DNA of 64,000 nucleotides from Eukaryota sp. TZLM1-RC (lineage: Eukaryota > Protista > Metamonada: BaSk clade): NCBI GenBank assembly GCA_040285825.1, contig JAUPSS010000005.1, positions 1,674,001 to 1,738,000 on the forward strand, in the 5' to 3' direction. The notes below the pieces were generated by a model. The model saw nothing but the letters and a program-made list of their open reading frames with translations, ran no database searches and was not told where the DNA came from. This document shows positions 10,186 through 20,982 of this stretch, piece by piece (within the stretch, counting starts at the first letter, position 1; each line of letters opens with the position of its first letter). The position numbers were made by a program, and so were the translations under genes.

Positions 10186-12462
10186 TTAACCAAATTTATC
10201 AATATAACGGATCTCATCAACCCACAAAAACAAATAAACAGAAATAAGCAAAAGAAAACAACACAAAAATGGAAAAACAACAATGGCAAAATTTCTTGAC
10301 CTAACGACAGATGAAACATATTCACAATCCCCTTCATAACAAAAACAACGGTTGCGATTACACCAAACATTGTCAAACAAGACTATTCCTTCCCCCACAA
10401 TCAGTCCATTGAACGAAGTAGAGTTTGTGAATGGTAGAGACAAAGTAGATTGTTTTGATAAGAAAACATACGAAGAAGTACTTGAGTTTAGGATATGAAT
10501 TTCAACTTGACCATTGATCCAAACCAACCCAGAAAGGTGATTTACATTGGCGAGAATTGAACCAGAATGAAGAACCAATCCTTCACCATTGCAAAAGTCC
10601 TTCCAGAATGAATCTCCTGCATACTTGTAGAAATGAAACAAGGTACAAGTGACATTGACCATAATTGGAGTTGGAATGGTAACGTTTGGTGAGACAATCA
10701 ATCGACCACCACTAATAGAGAGGATGCCAGAGTTAAAGACATCGTTATTGAGAAGAATCGATCCACTTACCAACTCTAGATCACCAACGAATGACATTGC
10801 GTCAGAAGTGGTGATGTTACCTGCAACAAACAATTTTGAACCAATAATGGTACCAGAAGTCCAAGAAAATGAGTTTATATGAATAGGGGTGGCAGCGAAG
10901 GAAATCGTTCCTCCTTGTATGGTAATATGATCAAAGGCGTGGTCGGAACTAGTCAAAACATTAAGGAATCCACAATCAACAACAAGATCACCTAGAGAAT
11001 CATCATTAAACTCAATAGTGGAAACACTTGATGAAGTTACTTTATGGAAGACTGAACCAGAAGACCCTGGCCCTACAAGTATATCTGCAGGCTTTGATTC
11101 TAGAAGGAAGTAATAATACCAACCACCAAAGAGGTCAAAGGCCGCGAAATCAGTCTTCATGAGGGAAGGAAGCTCTCCAAGAGACCATTGAAACAAACGA
11201 CCGTCTTTTGTTATAGCAAGAGCTCTTGTGTCATCAACAGTTGCTTTCGATACATTATCAATCATGACTCTCCCTTTGCTCTGAGCACCCTCTCTCCCTT
11301 GGAGCAGTCCACCACACGAATACAAGTCTCCTTGGCTGGTTAGGTAAAGAGTAATACCTACGTGACATGAGACGTGAATGACACTTTCAACTGGAATCTT
11401 TATTGGGGATACAACGTTCTCCTCATGACCAAGACAGAACTGGTCCTCTACATTGGCCCCAGAGCCATAAAGAGTACCATCAGTGGTGAGGAAAAAAGAA
11501 TGACCTAGGCAAGTAAATACTCGTAGGGTATTATCAAAAACTTTCACTGGGGCTTCCTTCACTGGTTCACCTTCTCCCAATTCCCCGAAACCTGAACTAA
11601 CACCAAAACCAAACACATCACCATGAATGTCAACCATTAAACTATGGAAGGATTGCGTACAAGCTATATCAACTATATGAAAATCTTCCAATTCCGTGGG
11701 AGTATAAGAATCTCTACCACCTAATCCCAAAAAGATTCCAACACCCCATGCAAATGCGGCACCATCCGAGCTTAAAGCGAGAGAATGAGAGACTCCACAA
11801 GAAATCTTTATGATGTTGGATAAAGAGTTGATGATTCTGGGATTGCTTTCCATAGACGAAGTGAATCCTAATCCTAATTGTCCAACATGGTTTCTACCAA
11901 AGCCATAAACCAAGCCGCCACGACTGAGTACCAATGTATGCTGATCTCCCGCAGCAATCATTGAGGGTGGAAAAGGAAGAGACAGTGGGTGAGGAGAGGT
12001 GGAGGGGTGGGGAAGACCCATTTGATGGTATTCATTGTTGGAACCAAAGGAATAGACATTACCAGTTCCAAATATGGTTAGGCTTTGACTTGGTATTAGG
12101 GTTGAGGTTAGGCTAAGGTTACCATAAGTGTGGAATATAGAGTTCGGGTAATTCGTGTTTAAAGTGATGTTTAAAAGGTTTATGCTATCAGAGAGATAAA
12201 TCGCATCAGCAGTAATGGAAGAGCGGTCTCCATAGAGGGTGCAGTTAGAAAGAGACAGAGACGACACGTTGACAGGGGACGTGATGTGCAAGATGATTTG
12301 GTATGGTAGGGAGACAACGACATGATCGAGAGGAGAAGGGAGGGTGTTTGTGGACCATATTTCGGGGGATTGCCAGTAGAGATGCTCGGTCGATGCTGAA
12401 GAAAGGAAGATAGTGTCTGCTACAACGAGGCAGACAAACAGTAAGAGTACTGAGAGTAACAG
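10186..12462 (-). CDS. Predicted cell-surface RCC1/BLIP-II-repeat protein with C-terminal TM helix; no in-frame ATG before the signal peptide
   Basis: RCC1 repeats (AAGDQHTL, FGRNHVGQLGLG, SCGVSHSL); frame stays open upstream of 12291 through a signal-peptide-like LLLSVLLLFVCLVVA starting at CTG 12462; Cys-rich juxtamembrane segment plus TM helix. Confidence 0.75.
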   Translation of the reverse strand: MLLSVLLLFVCLVVADTIFLSSASTEHLYWQSPEIWSTNTLPSPLDHVVVSLPYQIILHITSPVNVSSLSLSNCTLYGDRSSITADAIYLSDSINLLNITLNTNYPNSIFHTYGNLSLTSTLIPSQSLTIFGTGNVYSFGSNNEYHQMGLPHPSTSPHPLSLPFPPSMIAAGDQHTLVLSRGGLVYGFGRNHVGQLGLGFTSSMESNPRIINSLSNIIKISCGVSHSLALSSDGAAFAWGVGIFLGLGGRDSYTPTELEDFHIVDIACTQSFHSLMVDIHGDVFGFGVSSGFGELGEGEPVKEAPVKVFDNTLRVFTCLGHSFFLTTDGTLYGSGANVEDQFCLGHEENVVSPIKIPVESVIHVSCHVGITLYLTSQGDLYSCGGLLQGREGAQSKGRVMIDNVSKATVDDTRALAITKDGRLFQWSLGELPSLMKTDFAAFDLFGGWYYYFLLESKPADILVGPGSSGSVFHKVTSSSVSTIEFNDDSLGDLVVDCGFLNVLTSSDHAFDHITIQGGTISFAATPIHINSFSWTSGTIIGSKLFVAGNITTSDAMSFVGDLELVSGSILLNNDVFNSGILSISGGRLIVSPNVTIPTPIMVNVTCTLFHFYKYAGDSFWKDFCNGEGLVLHSGSILANVNHLSGLVWINGQVEIHILNSSTSSYVFLSKQSTLSLPFTNSTSFNGLIVGEGIVLFDNVWCNRNRCFCYEGDCEYVSSVVRSRNFAIVVFPFLCCFLLLISVYLFLWVDEIRYIDKFG

Positions 12463-13449
12463 AAGCGAAGTGTAGATGATTGAACGTGCCGACTTAATAA
12501 TAAAAGAGGCAAATGAAGTCGTTGATCAATTATGAATAGCTTTAAATTATTGTAGCTCCAGAAACCTTCGACATCAGTAATCTGAAGACCCTGACGCATG
12601 TACTTCTTACCAAAAACATCTAACAAACGGTTTTCAAAACATATACTAGAATCACTTAATGACCATATTGTTTCAAACACAGAAAATAGACCCATTTTCC
12701 ACATTACATGGATCGACTTTATAAATGGACAATGATATTGTATCGATCAATTTGTCCAACATCAAGAAGGTGTGGTGGATCGAATCCACCAAGGAGGAAA
12801 AAGTCAGCATCTAAAAATTTCTATAGAGAAAATGACACCTGTAACTTTTACAGTGCCTAACGTGTGTCTTTCTGCTTTAACTAGTTTTGAATTATAATTT
12901 AATACAATCTTCCGTTACATCTATCTCTATTGTGGGAGGCAAGATACAACTGTAGCATTTCTCAATTAATCAGCTTTGATTTGAGCCTTTTTCCGCAATG
13001 TTTTCATGCGAAACATTGCAAATTGGTGGCAATGATTTATACAATTTTAAATATTCAGGATATTTGAGTGTTTAGATTTCGTTAACCAAGCACTTCATCA
13101 TTCTTTATTGTTTTCCATTTTTGTTTTTTGTACTATTCAGTACTTGATTTTGTCCAATACACAAAATAATAATAATATTCTTACTCCACTTTTGATATTT
13201 AAAGTTGAGCGAAATAGATGCAAACACAGCTCAAAAGTTGTGTCTTTGCAATATTGTTTTGGAAGTTGAATGTTTGAAGTTTTACTTTCATGAGCAGGTG
13301 ATTTTTCAAAAGCACCAGGTACCATGATAAATGCAGTTTTGAACACCCACAATGATTGTATCAATAACCATTCTGAAACACAATTGCAACAACAGACAAA
13401 CTGGCTGGTCAAACAATCAAGAGCATTTTCGGTTTCCCTTAAAAGATAC

Positions 13450-13685
13450 CTTCAGCAATGATTAAACGGAGTGCAATTATTAGCAACAGAATTCAGTAAT
13501 TATACATCATTTTGAGTACGGTTAAAAAATTCAAAAACACAATTTTTCCATCCACGGAGAAAAGTAGCTTGACAGACAATCGAAGATTTAATCAGTAATA
13601 TCAGCTAAATTGGATGCAGAAAACACATGACTTCGAATTGGATCAGTATTGACATCAATCAAGGCAACAACAAATTTCTCAAATA
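13450..13685 (-). mobile_element. Highly decayed RLE retrotransposon fragment (family B-like)
   Basis: Translates to IRSHVFSASNL...KSSIVCQATFLRGWKNCVFEFF, versus IRSHVFCSADL...KSSILCKAAFLGGGKNFVFEFF in family B. Confidence 0.7.
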
Positions 13686-14218
13686 GTCAAAAGAGTGGCA
13701 AAATTCAGGTTATGAATTTGAAGATGTTAGTCTTAAAATGTAAATAAATTTACCTAAATAGCGAATCTCTTAAATAAACACTACATATGTTTCTCGATTT
13801 CAAAGGTTGAAATTGTTTCAAGTTCAGAACCTATCTATACTAAAAGATTATTTAGTTCCTCATTTATTTCATGAACATTCCCAAGCCAGCAGCCTAGAAA
13901 AAAGTATCAAAGCATCAAAGGAATAGTATAAAACAGCAATTTTGACACTCTCGATTAATACTCTCTTTAATTTTTCCAATCAGCAGACATGTCACCAAAT
14001 TCAACAAAGACCAATATTTCTGTAAAAAATTGAAGCTTCAGTAACAACTTTTTTAAAACCAATATTTGAAATATCATTTATGGAATGGATTGTAATTACT
14101 TTCACTTCTCTTAATTAATACAGCAATGAACAATAAACAAGAACTTGTCACTTGTACTTTTGATGTCTGATGTTTGTCCCTCCAGATGTTTAAACCATCT
14201 TTAACTTACTTCAAACAA

Positions 14219-15660
14219 ATGGTCTGCTCAGATAGTTTTCTCTGCCGTGTTTGTTTCAGTCTCCTTGATGATGGAGTCGTTTTCAGGTGTGGACACTCTT
14301 TTTGCAAGAAGTGCATCGATAAGAGCCTAGAACAAGCCACAAAATGTCCAAGTTGTCAATATACCCCTCTACGAAACCCACCATACACTCCTAACTATCA
14401 GCTTCGTTCTATCATTGAAGACATGTTGCGTGAGGACCCCTATTTTGGTTTGTCACAGGACGATGTGTTCAGAAAGGGCCAGGTGTTTTATAAAACAACA
14501 CAATACCATGAAGCCTTTAAGCTGTTCAGAAGAGCTGCTGACGCTGGTAATGATAGGGCCATGTTTATGCTTGCTTTTTGTTTGGACAATGGTCATGGTG
14601 TAGGACACGATCTCCAGGAAGCTCTTTCTTGGCATCAGGAAGCAGCTGAAGCTGGACATCTCGATGCTATACAAACCTGACACAAGCCATCCAGTGGTAT
14701 AAGAAAGCGCAAGAAGCTGGACTTGCAACTGTTGAAAAGAAAATGCAACGCTGCAAAAAGAAACTAAGAGAAACCGAAGCTGAACTCTTATCACCCCAAC
14801 GAAGATATCTTAAAGGAAAGGAATTCCAAGAACGTCAAGACCTTGAAGCAGCCATTTTCTGGTACAGTAAAGCTGCTGAAGGGAAGTGTGGTGATGCTAT
14901 GCTGAATCTTGGTCTCATGTATCAAGAGGGATTAGGTGTAGATGCTGACCAGAACACAGCTGTTCAGTGGTTTGAAAAGGCTGTCGAAGCAGGCAATGAG
15001 GACGCGAGAGTTGAACTTGCAAGGTCTTACGAAACAGGTGAAGGCATAGACCAGGACTATGTCAAAGCTGCTGAGTTATACCAAGAAGCTTACCATTCGG
15101 GAACTCTTTCCGTGGCTCAGAACATTGGCAATTGTCTTGAATTTGGTAATTTGAGAGACAACCTCAATGAAGCCATTGCTTGGTATGAGAAAGCCATTAA
15201 TGCAGGAAACGAGGCAGTATATGCTTATTTATTACGAAGCAAACAAAAGAACGAACAACTTGCTGAAGAACTCTATCAAAAAGCCAAAAGTTTGGCTTTA
15301 GAAGAAAATTACCCAGAAGCCGTTGAGTTTTATGAAGAGGCAGCCATTGCGAACCATTCTGCAGCTGCCAATGAGCTAGGTAAGCTCTACCAAGAAGGAG
15401 TTGGGGTTACCCAAAATGATGAACTTGCCCTATTCCTGTTCAAAAAGGCTGCCGATCTGACCAACACTGAAGCTATGATTAACTTATCAAAGTGTTATGA
15501 ATCAGGTCAAAGAACTCAGCAAGATGTTGCAAAGGCAGTTCACTGGTGTGAACGAGCCAAGCAACGTGGTGTTGAAGATGTTTCAGAATTGTTAGATCAG
15601 TGCACCGGCAAGAGGAACATTAATGGAGATGTGGATGAAAAACGTAGTAGAGTTCATTAG
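14219..15660 (+). pseudogene. RING (C3HC4) plus Sel1-repeat protein, frameshifted near 14672
   Basis: RING CRVC..CGHSFC..C..CPSC followed by Sel1 repeats; the second frame continues NLTQAIQWYKKA; half of a Sel1 repeat is missing at the junction and no GT-AG intron explains it. Confidence 0.7.
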
Positions 15661-16210
15661 GTTTGTAAATTTAGATTTGTTGTTTTCAAAAGTATGAATA
15701 ATAAAAGATATTGAAATAAACTCAAAAAAATAATTCTTGCCTTTGGAGGAAGAAAAACTGTAAGTGTGATTTCTTGAAGGGAACAGAATTCGTCAGAATT
15801 TCATCATGACTCAAAAGTGAACTCAAAAATCATGACCATGCTAGGAAACATTGCATTGGTAGCACAAAATGCAACTCGTTACCTTTCATGAAATTCATTC
15901 ATTCAAAATTCAATATTTCAACTGATTGTGCCTTTTCAACTCTCGGATGTCCTCACCCAATGATGACACTTGAATAGATTGGTGTTTCTTACCGGAGTTT
16001 CTGTAAATACCACAGAAGCGACAGTTTTGGGGGTTTAATGTTGGAAATTTACCCAAGTGAGCCGACTATTATTGAAAAATGCCGTGTACCTAAATTAAAT
16101 TAGAGTGTGTGTTGAGCCACAAAGTTGCTATTAAGATCAGATTGACAATCAAAATTAACAAAAATTCCAATAAAAAACGTCACCATTTTGCTTGTGACGT
16201 TTCGTGTTTG

Positions 16211-17701
16211 ATGACCACAATCATCCTCAGAATAGGTTCCAAAGATGTTGTAGAATGCACACAAAGCCCCATCCAACTCTTTGACCTTTCTGAGGTGTCC
16301 AATGGTTCTACAGCATTGGTTTCTATCTCAGATGAGCAGACGCAAGCTGTTCCTCTTGAATCCATTGAAACCTGCTCTCCTTGGCTTGTTTTCACCTCAA
16401 ACGACATATCCAGAGTGCAAATTAGTGTTTCTCTTACAAACCAAGAAGGCCAAGTCCTTGCACGCAGTGCTCTACTTCACTCAGATGTAGCTGACCTCCA
16501 TGGAACCCTTTCCCGTCCTCTTTTCTCTTCTTCCCTTTCCATCATTGGAACGGTCACTTTTTCCTACCACCTTGTTACCCCTTATACTCCCCCTACATCC
16601 ACCAAGTTCAACTACACCTCTTTCTCAACAGACCATCTCCATGAGAGAACACTCAGAATTGGACACCGAGGTTCTGGAAATTCTTCAAAAGCTTTGGATG
16701 ACTTCAGAGCCCACTTCCAGGAAAACACTCTTCTTTCCTTCCAATCTGCTGCTGAAAAGTGTGATTGGATTGAGTTGGATGTTCAGCTCACCGCTGATGA
16801 TGTTCCCATCTTGCTTCATGATTGGTTTGTTATTGAACAGAACCAATCAGAAAAGATTGATGAGGATTATACAGTGAAACCAGTTTATGATGTGAAGCTT
16901 CGTGAATTGTGGAAAATGACTGATCACGTGAGAGTCTTTAAAAGTCCTCAACCAGTCAGGAAAAGTCTTGACGCGTCTCCCATACCTAGGGTAAGGAGTC
17001 AAAAATCATTCAAGACTTCCGATCACTTCCACGATGACGCAGCAAAGGGTCAGCATTCAAGAAGACCATTGACGTCCAAGAACCCAAAAGTCATCAACCC
17101 TTTACCTTTACCCTCAATTAGAGATGTCATTCCTACTCTGGAAAAAGTTTTGCAAGCCTTACCTTCTGAAACTGGTCTTAATATCGAAGTCAAGTATCCA
17201 GACGGTAAGTTGTGGAAAGAATTGGAAGATTTAAGCTATCCCGAGCGTAATCATTTCTGTGATATTATTCTGGATATTTGTTTTAAATATGGAAAGACTA
17301 GACCAATTGTGTTTTCTTCTTTTGATCCTGATGTTTGCGCATGTTTAAAGTTCAAACAATCCATTTGGCCAGTTTTTTACCTCTCTACTGCCGGTCACGA
17401 AGAACATCATGATAAGAGAATGATGACGATTGATGACGCGATTGATTGGGTTAGTTTGATTGGTCTTGATGGTATAGTATCCGAATGTTCAGTACTTGTC
17501 GAGAATCCTGAGCTTATTGAGAAAGTTAAGGCAAAGGGTTTGGTTTTGTGGTCTTATGGTGGACTTAATAATTCAGAGGAAGCAATCAAAAAGCAGTTGG
17601 ATTACAAAATTGATGGAATCATATCTGATTCGATTAAGAATTTGGTCAAGGTGATTCCTAGAGAACTTACAGAAGCTGTTGGGAATGAAGTTTCTAATTA
17701 A
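16211..17701 (+). CDS. Glycerophosphodiester phosphodiesterase (GDE5/GPCPD1/Gde1-like)
   Basis: IGHRG, ENTLLSF, IELDVQLT.D, NIEVKYP, FSSFDPD motifs; first ATG at 16211. Confidence 0.92.
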   Translation: MTTIILRIGSKDVVECTQSPIQLFDLSEVSNGSTALVSISDEQTQAVPLESIETCSPWLVFTSNDISRVQISVSLTNQEGQVLARSALLHSDVADLHGTLSRPLFSSSLSIIGTVTFSYHLVTPYTPPTSTKFNYTSFSTDHLHERTLRIGHRGSGNSSKALDDFRAHFQENTLLSFQSAAEKCDWIELDVQLTADDVPILLHDWFVIEQNQSEKIDEDYTVKPVYDVKLRELWKMTDHVRVFKSPQPVRKSLDASPIPRVRSQKSFKTSDHFHDDAAKGQHSRRPLTSKNPKVINPLPLPSIRDVIPTLEKVLQALPSETGLNIEVKYPDGKLWKELEDLSYPERNHFCDIILDICFKYGKTRPIVFSSFDPDVCACLKFKQSIWPVFYLSTAGHEEHHDKRMMTIDDAIDWVSLIGLDGIVSECSVLVENPELIEKVKAKGLVLWSYGGLNNSEEAIKKQLDYKIDGIISDSIKNLVKVIPRELTEAVGNEVSN

Positions 17702-18050
17702 GTAGAACTTGTGTAGAAATTATTGTGTAAACATTGTTTTATACCTTTCATAAGTCAAACATTAAATCACTCGATAAATCACTCCATATCTCCATATCTC
17801 CAGTATGTGGTTCCAACTCTGAAACAACTATAAAACACAATGGAAGATTATTTGATGACAAACAATAATGATTTGGAGTTATTTGGACATAGAAGTTGAG
17901 CACCAGCAGTGTAATAACATTGTATCAACTTGTAGTATTACTAGTTGAACTATGAGGCAGAGTTGTAATCAGTAGGATCAAGATGAACATTCTATACATA
18001 CAGCCTTAATGGGAATTTGGAAAATGATGAATACTAATCAATCAATCGTA

Positions 18051-18632
18051 ATGTTACGTTTCCTTCTCCTTTCAGTGCTCATTGCTACTGCCCTAGCAGG
18101 GTGTAGATGCTTAGGGAATGGTATCTGCCTCTCCAGTACATACTGGTATTCAGGAGATCAGCTCACCTGTTTCTGTTGGTGTACTAAGGAAGCAAATAAA
18201 ATGGGACTTCCAATGGGTATGTTACGATGACGTTTCTAACTTTGCAGATGCCAAATGTACATTCATGCCAAAGACACAGTTTTCTAGAGGTGCATGCACG
18301 CTCTGCTCTGTCGCTATTCCTACATCTTCTGCCTCCCCTGAACAGGAAAATCTCGATTGGACTCCTGCTCAAACGGCTGTTAGAAATTCTCAACACATGT
18401 TCCCAGTAAGACAAAGCAAATGTGCTGGTGGTTGGTGTAATAGATACTTGGGAAGTTCCGCTGATTGTTGGAACTGGTGTGGTAAGCAGGCTGATTCTTT
18501 CCTCAACAATGACTGGAAAATGCACTACATGCCTCGTACAATGTCTTCTCATGGACGTATGTGTATTTCTCTCAACTCACCCTAGACTGTTCTGTTTCGG
18601 GTAATACAGACCCTTGCAAAGGTCCAATTTAG
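18051..18632 (+). CDS. Secreted Cys-rich protein with two internal repeats, three exons (18051-18216, 18248-18556, 18586-18632), 173 aa
   Basis: Signal peptide MLRFLLLSVLIATALA; two GTATGT...YAG introns (31 and 29 nt) join the track ORFs in frame to TAG 18630-18632. Confidence 0.88.
18217..18247 (+). other. Spliceosomal intron, 31 nt
   Basis: GTATGT...CTAACTTTGCAG. Confidence 0.9.
18557..18585 (+). other. Spliceosomal intron, 29 nt
   Basis: GTATGT...CTCACCCTAG. Confidence 0.85.
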
Positions 18633-18829
18633 ATGTAAATAAATTGTTCTATTTTCAACAAACTATTCTTTAATGTAGAGATGTGTATAAATCTGTCAAG
18701 CGAGGAAGTCATGGACAATAACGACTGTCTGCTTGAGAATTCTTGAAATAATGCTGTCCGGAAGTGCCTTAAAAGAAAAGATATGTAAAATACATTGTAG
18801 CAGTTTCATTAAATGTTAGAGCTTCGGAT

Positions 18830-19232
18830 GGCCATATTAAAAACAATGTCTCAAACAGCATCATGTAGTGAAGAACCATAAATTATCAATTTCGAACAAA
18901 TCACAGCGTGGCGCAAATTGACCTGTGGTGAATTCAAATAAATACGTTTTGCTTTTAATAAAAATTGATTAAATGTGTTATGGGAATATTCATATATAAT
19001 ATCATTTTTGTTACGAACGCTTCATTATTAGCACTAATTCCAAATCTTTGCGACACAATGGTCAGAAACAGTGAAGAATCTGATGACTTATTTTCAAAAA
19101 CCTTTTTCCAATAACAATGAGTGAAAATCTTGATTCAAAACAGCCACGCTGAATTTATTATTATAAAGATTATTTTCAAACATTCCAGTCAAGCGTTTTT
19201 GTAATGTTTGAAGAGTGAGTTTAAGGACCAAG
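18830..19232 (-). mobile_element. Decayed internal fragment of RLE family A
   Basis: TLQKRLTGMFENNLYNN..AVLNQDFHSLLLEKG matches the 3036-4130 ORF. Confidence 0.85.
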
Positions 19233-20960
19233 TTTGATTCATGTTTTTGAAAATTGATATAAAATAGAAATAGATATTGTAGCATATATGGATGACATTT
19301 CTGTAATTGCTCCTATTACAATTCTGAAACAAATAGCAACTTTTATTCAATAGCGTTATGAAGATATTGGTCTCTCATTGAATATCTCCAAATGTTTGAT
19401 TATTGGCCATGAACCAATTGATTTTTTCATTAATGATGTCAATGTCCCCTTTATCAATTATGATCAGTCTGGTTTTCGGTTTTTGGGTTGTTATCTCGGA
19501 AATATTGATGAAGTTAAAAGCCAACTTTCGACTCTGTTGACTCAATTTGGAAATGAATTAGAATCAATAGAATATTTAAATATTGAGAAACATTTGAAAT
19601 TCTATTTCCTCAAAATTTGTTATTCTGGAAAATTTACTCATATTTTGAGATCAACATCACCATCAATTTCCTTGGAGTTTTGTCGCATTTTTAATGAACA
19701 AAGAACTAATTTTTTAGCAAATTTATTGGAAATTGATGCATCTCAGTTACGAAGCCACATTTTTTGTGGTACAAATTTTGGCGGTGTTGATTTTCATAAG
19801 TCAAGCTACCTTTGTAAAGCTGCCTTTGTTGGAGGTGGAAAGAATTTTATTTATGAATTTGTGAATCGTTTTCCTGAAAAAATTCATCTCATTGAAAATT
19901 GTGGCAGCTCCTATCTTATTTCTTTGCAATAGGAAATTGAAACTCTTTCACCCAATATTTGGGCTAAATGTTTCCCCTCTGATATTGTGGAACTTCCTTC
20001 AAGAAGCTTGCTCTCCTTACCATTGACTTTTGCAAAATTGCAGAAAAAATTTTTAAAGTTTTAGAAAACTTGGATTATATTGTACGTCTTAGCTTGGCTG
20101 AGGAAAAAAATCCCGTTTTTGCAAACTTTTTGATTGATCTTGAAGACAGTTGCTCAAGTTGCTTAATCTCCCAAATTCCCAACATTTACGGCCTTCTACT
20201 TAATGATCACCAATGGACCACTGCAATGAGATTGAGATGTTTTCTATGGCCTTGTTCATTACCAAATGATTTAATTTGTCGCTGCAAGAGTGTTGTTACG
20301 CTTTCCCATATTTTAAACTGTAAGTATTTCATAACTTATCGCTCACTTGTTCATGACTCAGTTCGTGATCAATTATATGCCATGTGCAAAAGTTTCAATA
20401 TGGAGGCATTTATTGAGCCACTAGTACGTAAGCTGTCTTCAGATCAAACTGATGATTCCTTTGGTAAAAGAAGGGCAGATTTAGTAGCTCCAGGGATCGA
20501 TGGTGTTCTCAATGTTGTAGACGTTGTCTCAGTGGATGTTTGCAAAAATTCTGCTGCTCGTTTAGTGTATTCCGCTGACTCGCCGTTATCTAACGCCGAA
20601 AAAAAGAAGATAAAAAAATATGAAGAACCTTTGGCACAGTTAGGTAGAGTGGAACATGTGAAATATCAGTTTGTGCTGTTTGCAATTTCTCTTTTTGGCA
20701 ATATTGGACCTTCAGGCTTGCACTTTTTGGAAAATTTTAAAAAAGTGTTACTGAATAGGTCTGGTAAAACAATGAACTCCACTTTCTGGTTAAATAGAAT
20801 TGTTTTTTGCATTTTCAAGTCTATTCCAACAATGATTTCAAAGTCACTTTTAGCTATTGGTGTAGAATATGAACGTAATGCTGTGAGTAGGTTCAGTAAT
20901 AGTGACGCTTGTTTGGAGGATATTGAATTCTAGATGGTTATTTTTATCTCAATAAATATT
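19233..20960 (+). mobile_element. 5'-truncated RLE non-LTR retrotransposon, family C (ends LEDIEF)
   Basis: AYMDD RT motif near 19281-19295, FLGCYLG, zinc motif, HDSVRD, RADL..D..EKKKIKKY; stops and frameshift; AATAAA after the stop. Confidence 0.9.
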
Positions 20961-20982
20961 CCAGTTTTTTAAAAAAAAATTT

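Noticed and set aside
12773-12791. 8-bp hairpin TGGTGGAT-CGA-ATCCACCA as a Helitron 3' end
   Set aside because: No CTRR at the expected distance and no other Helitron features.
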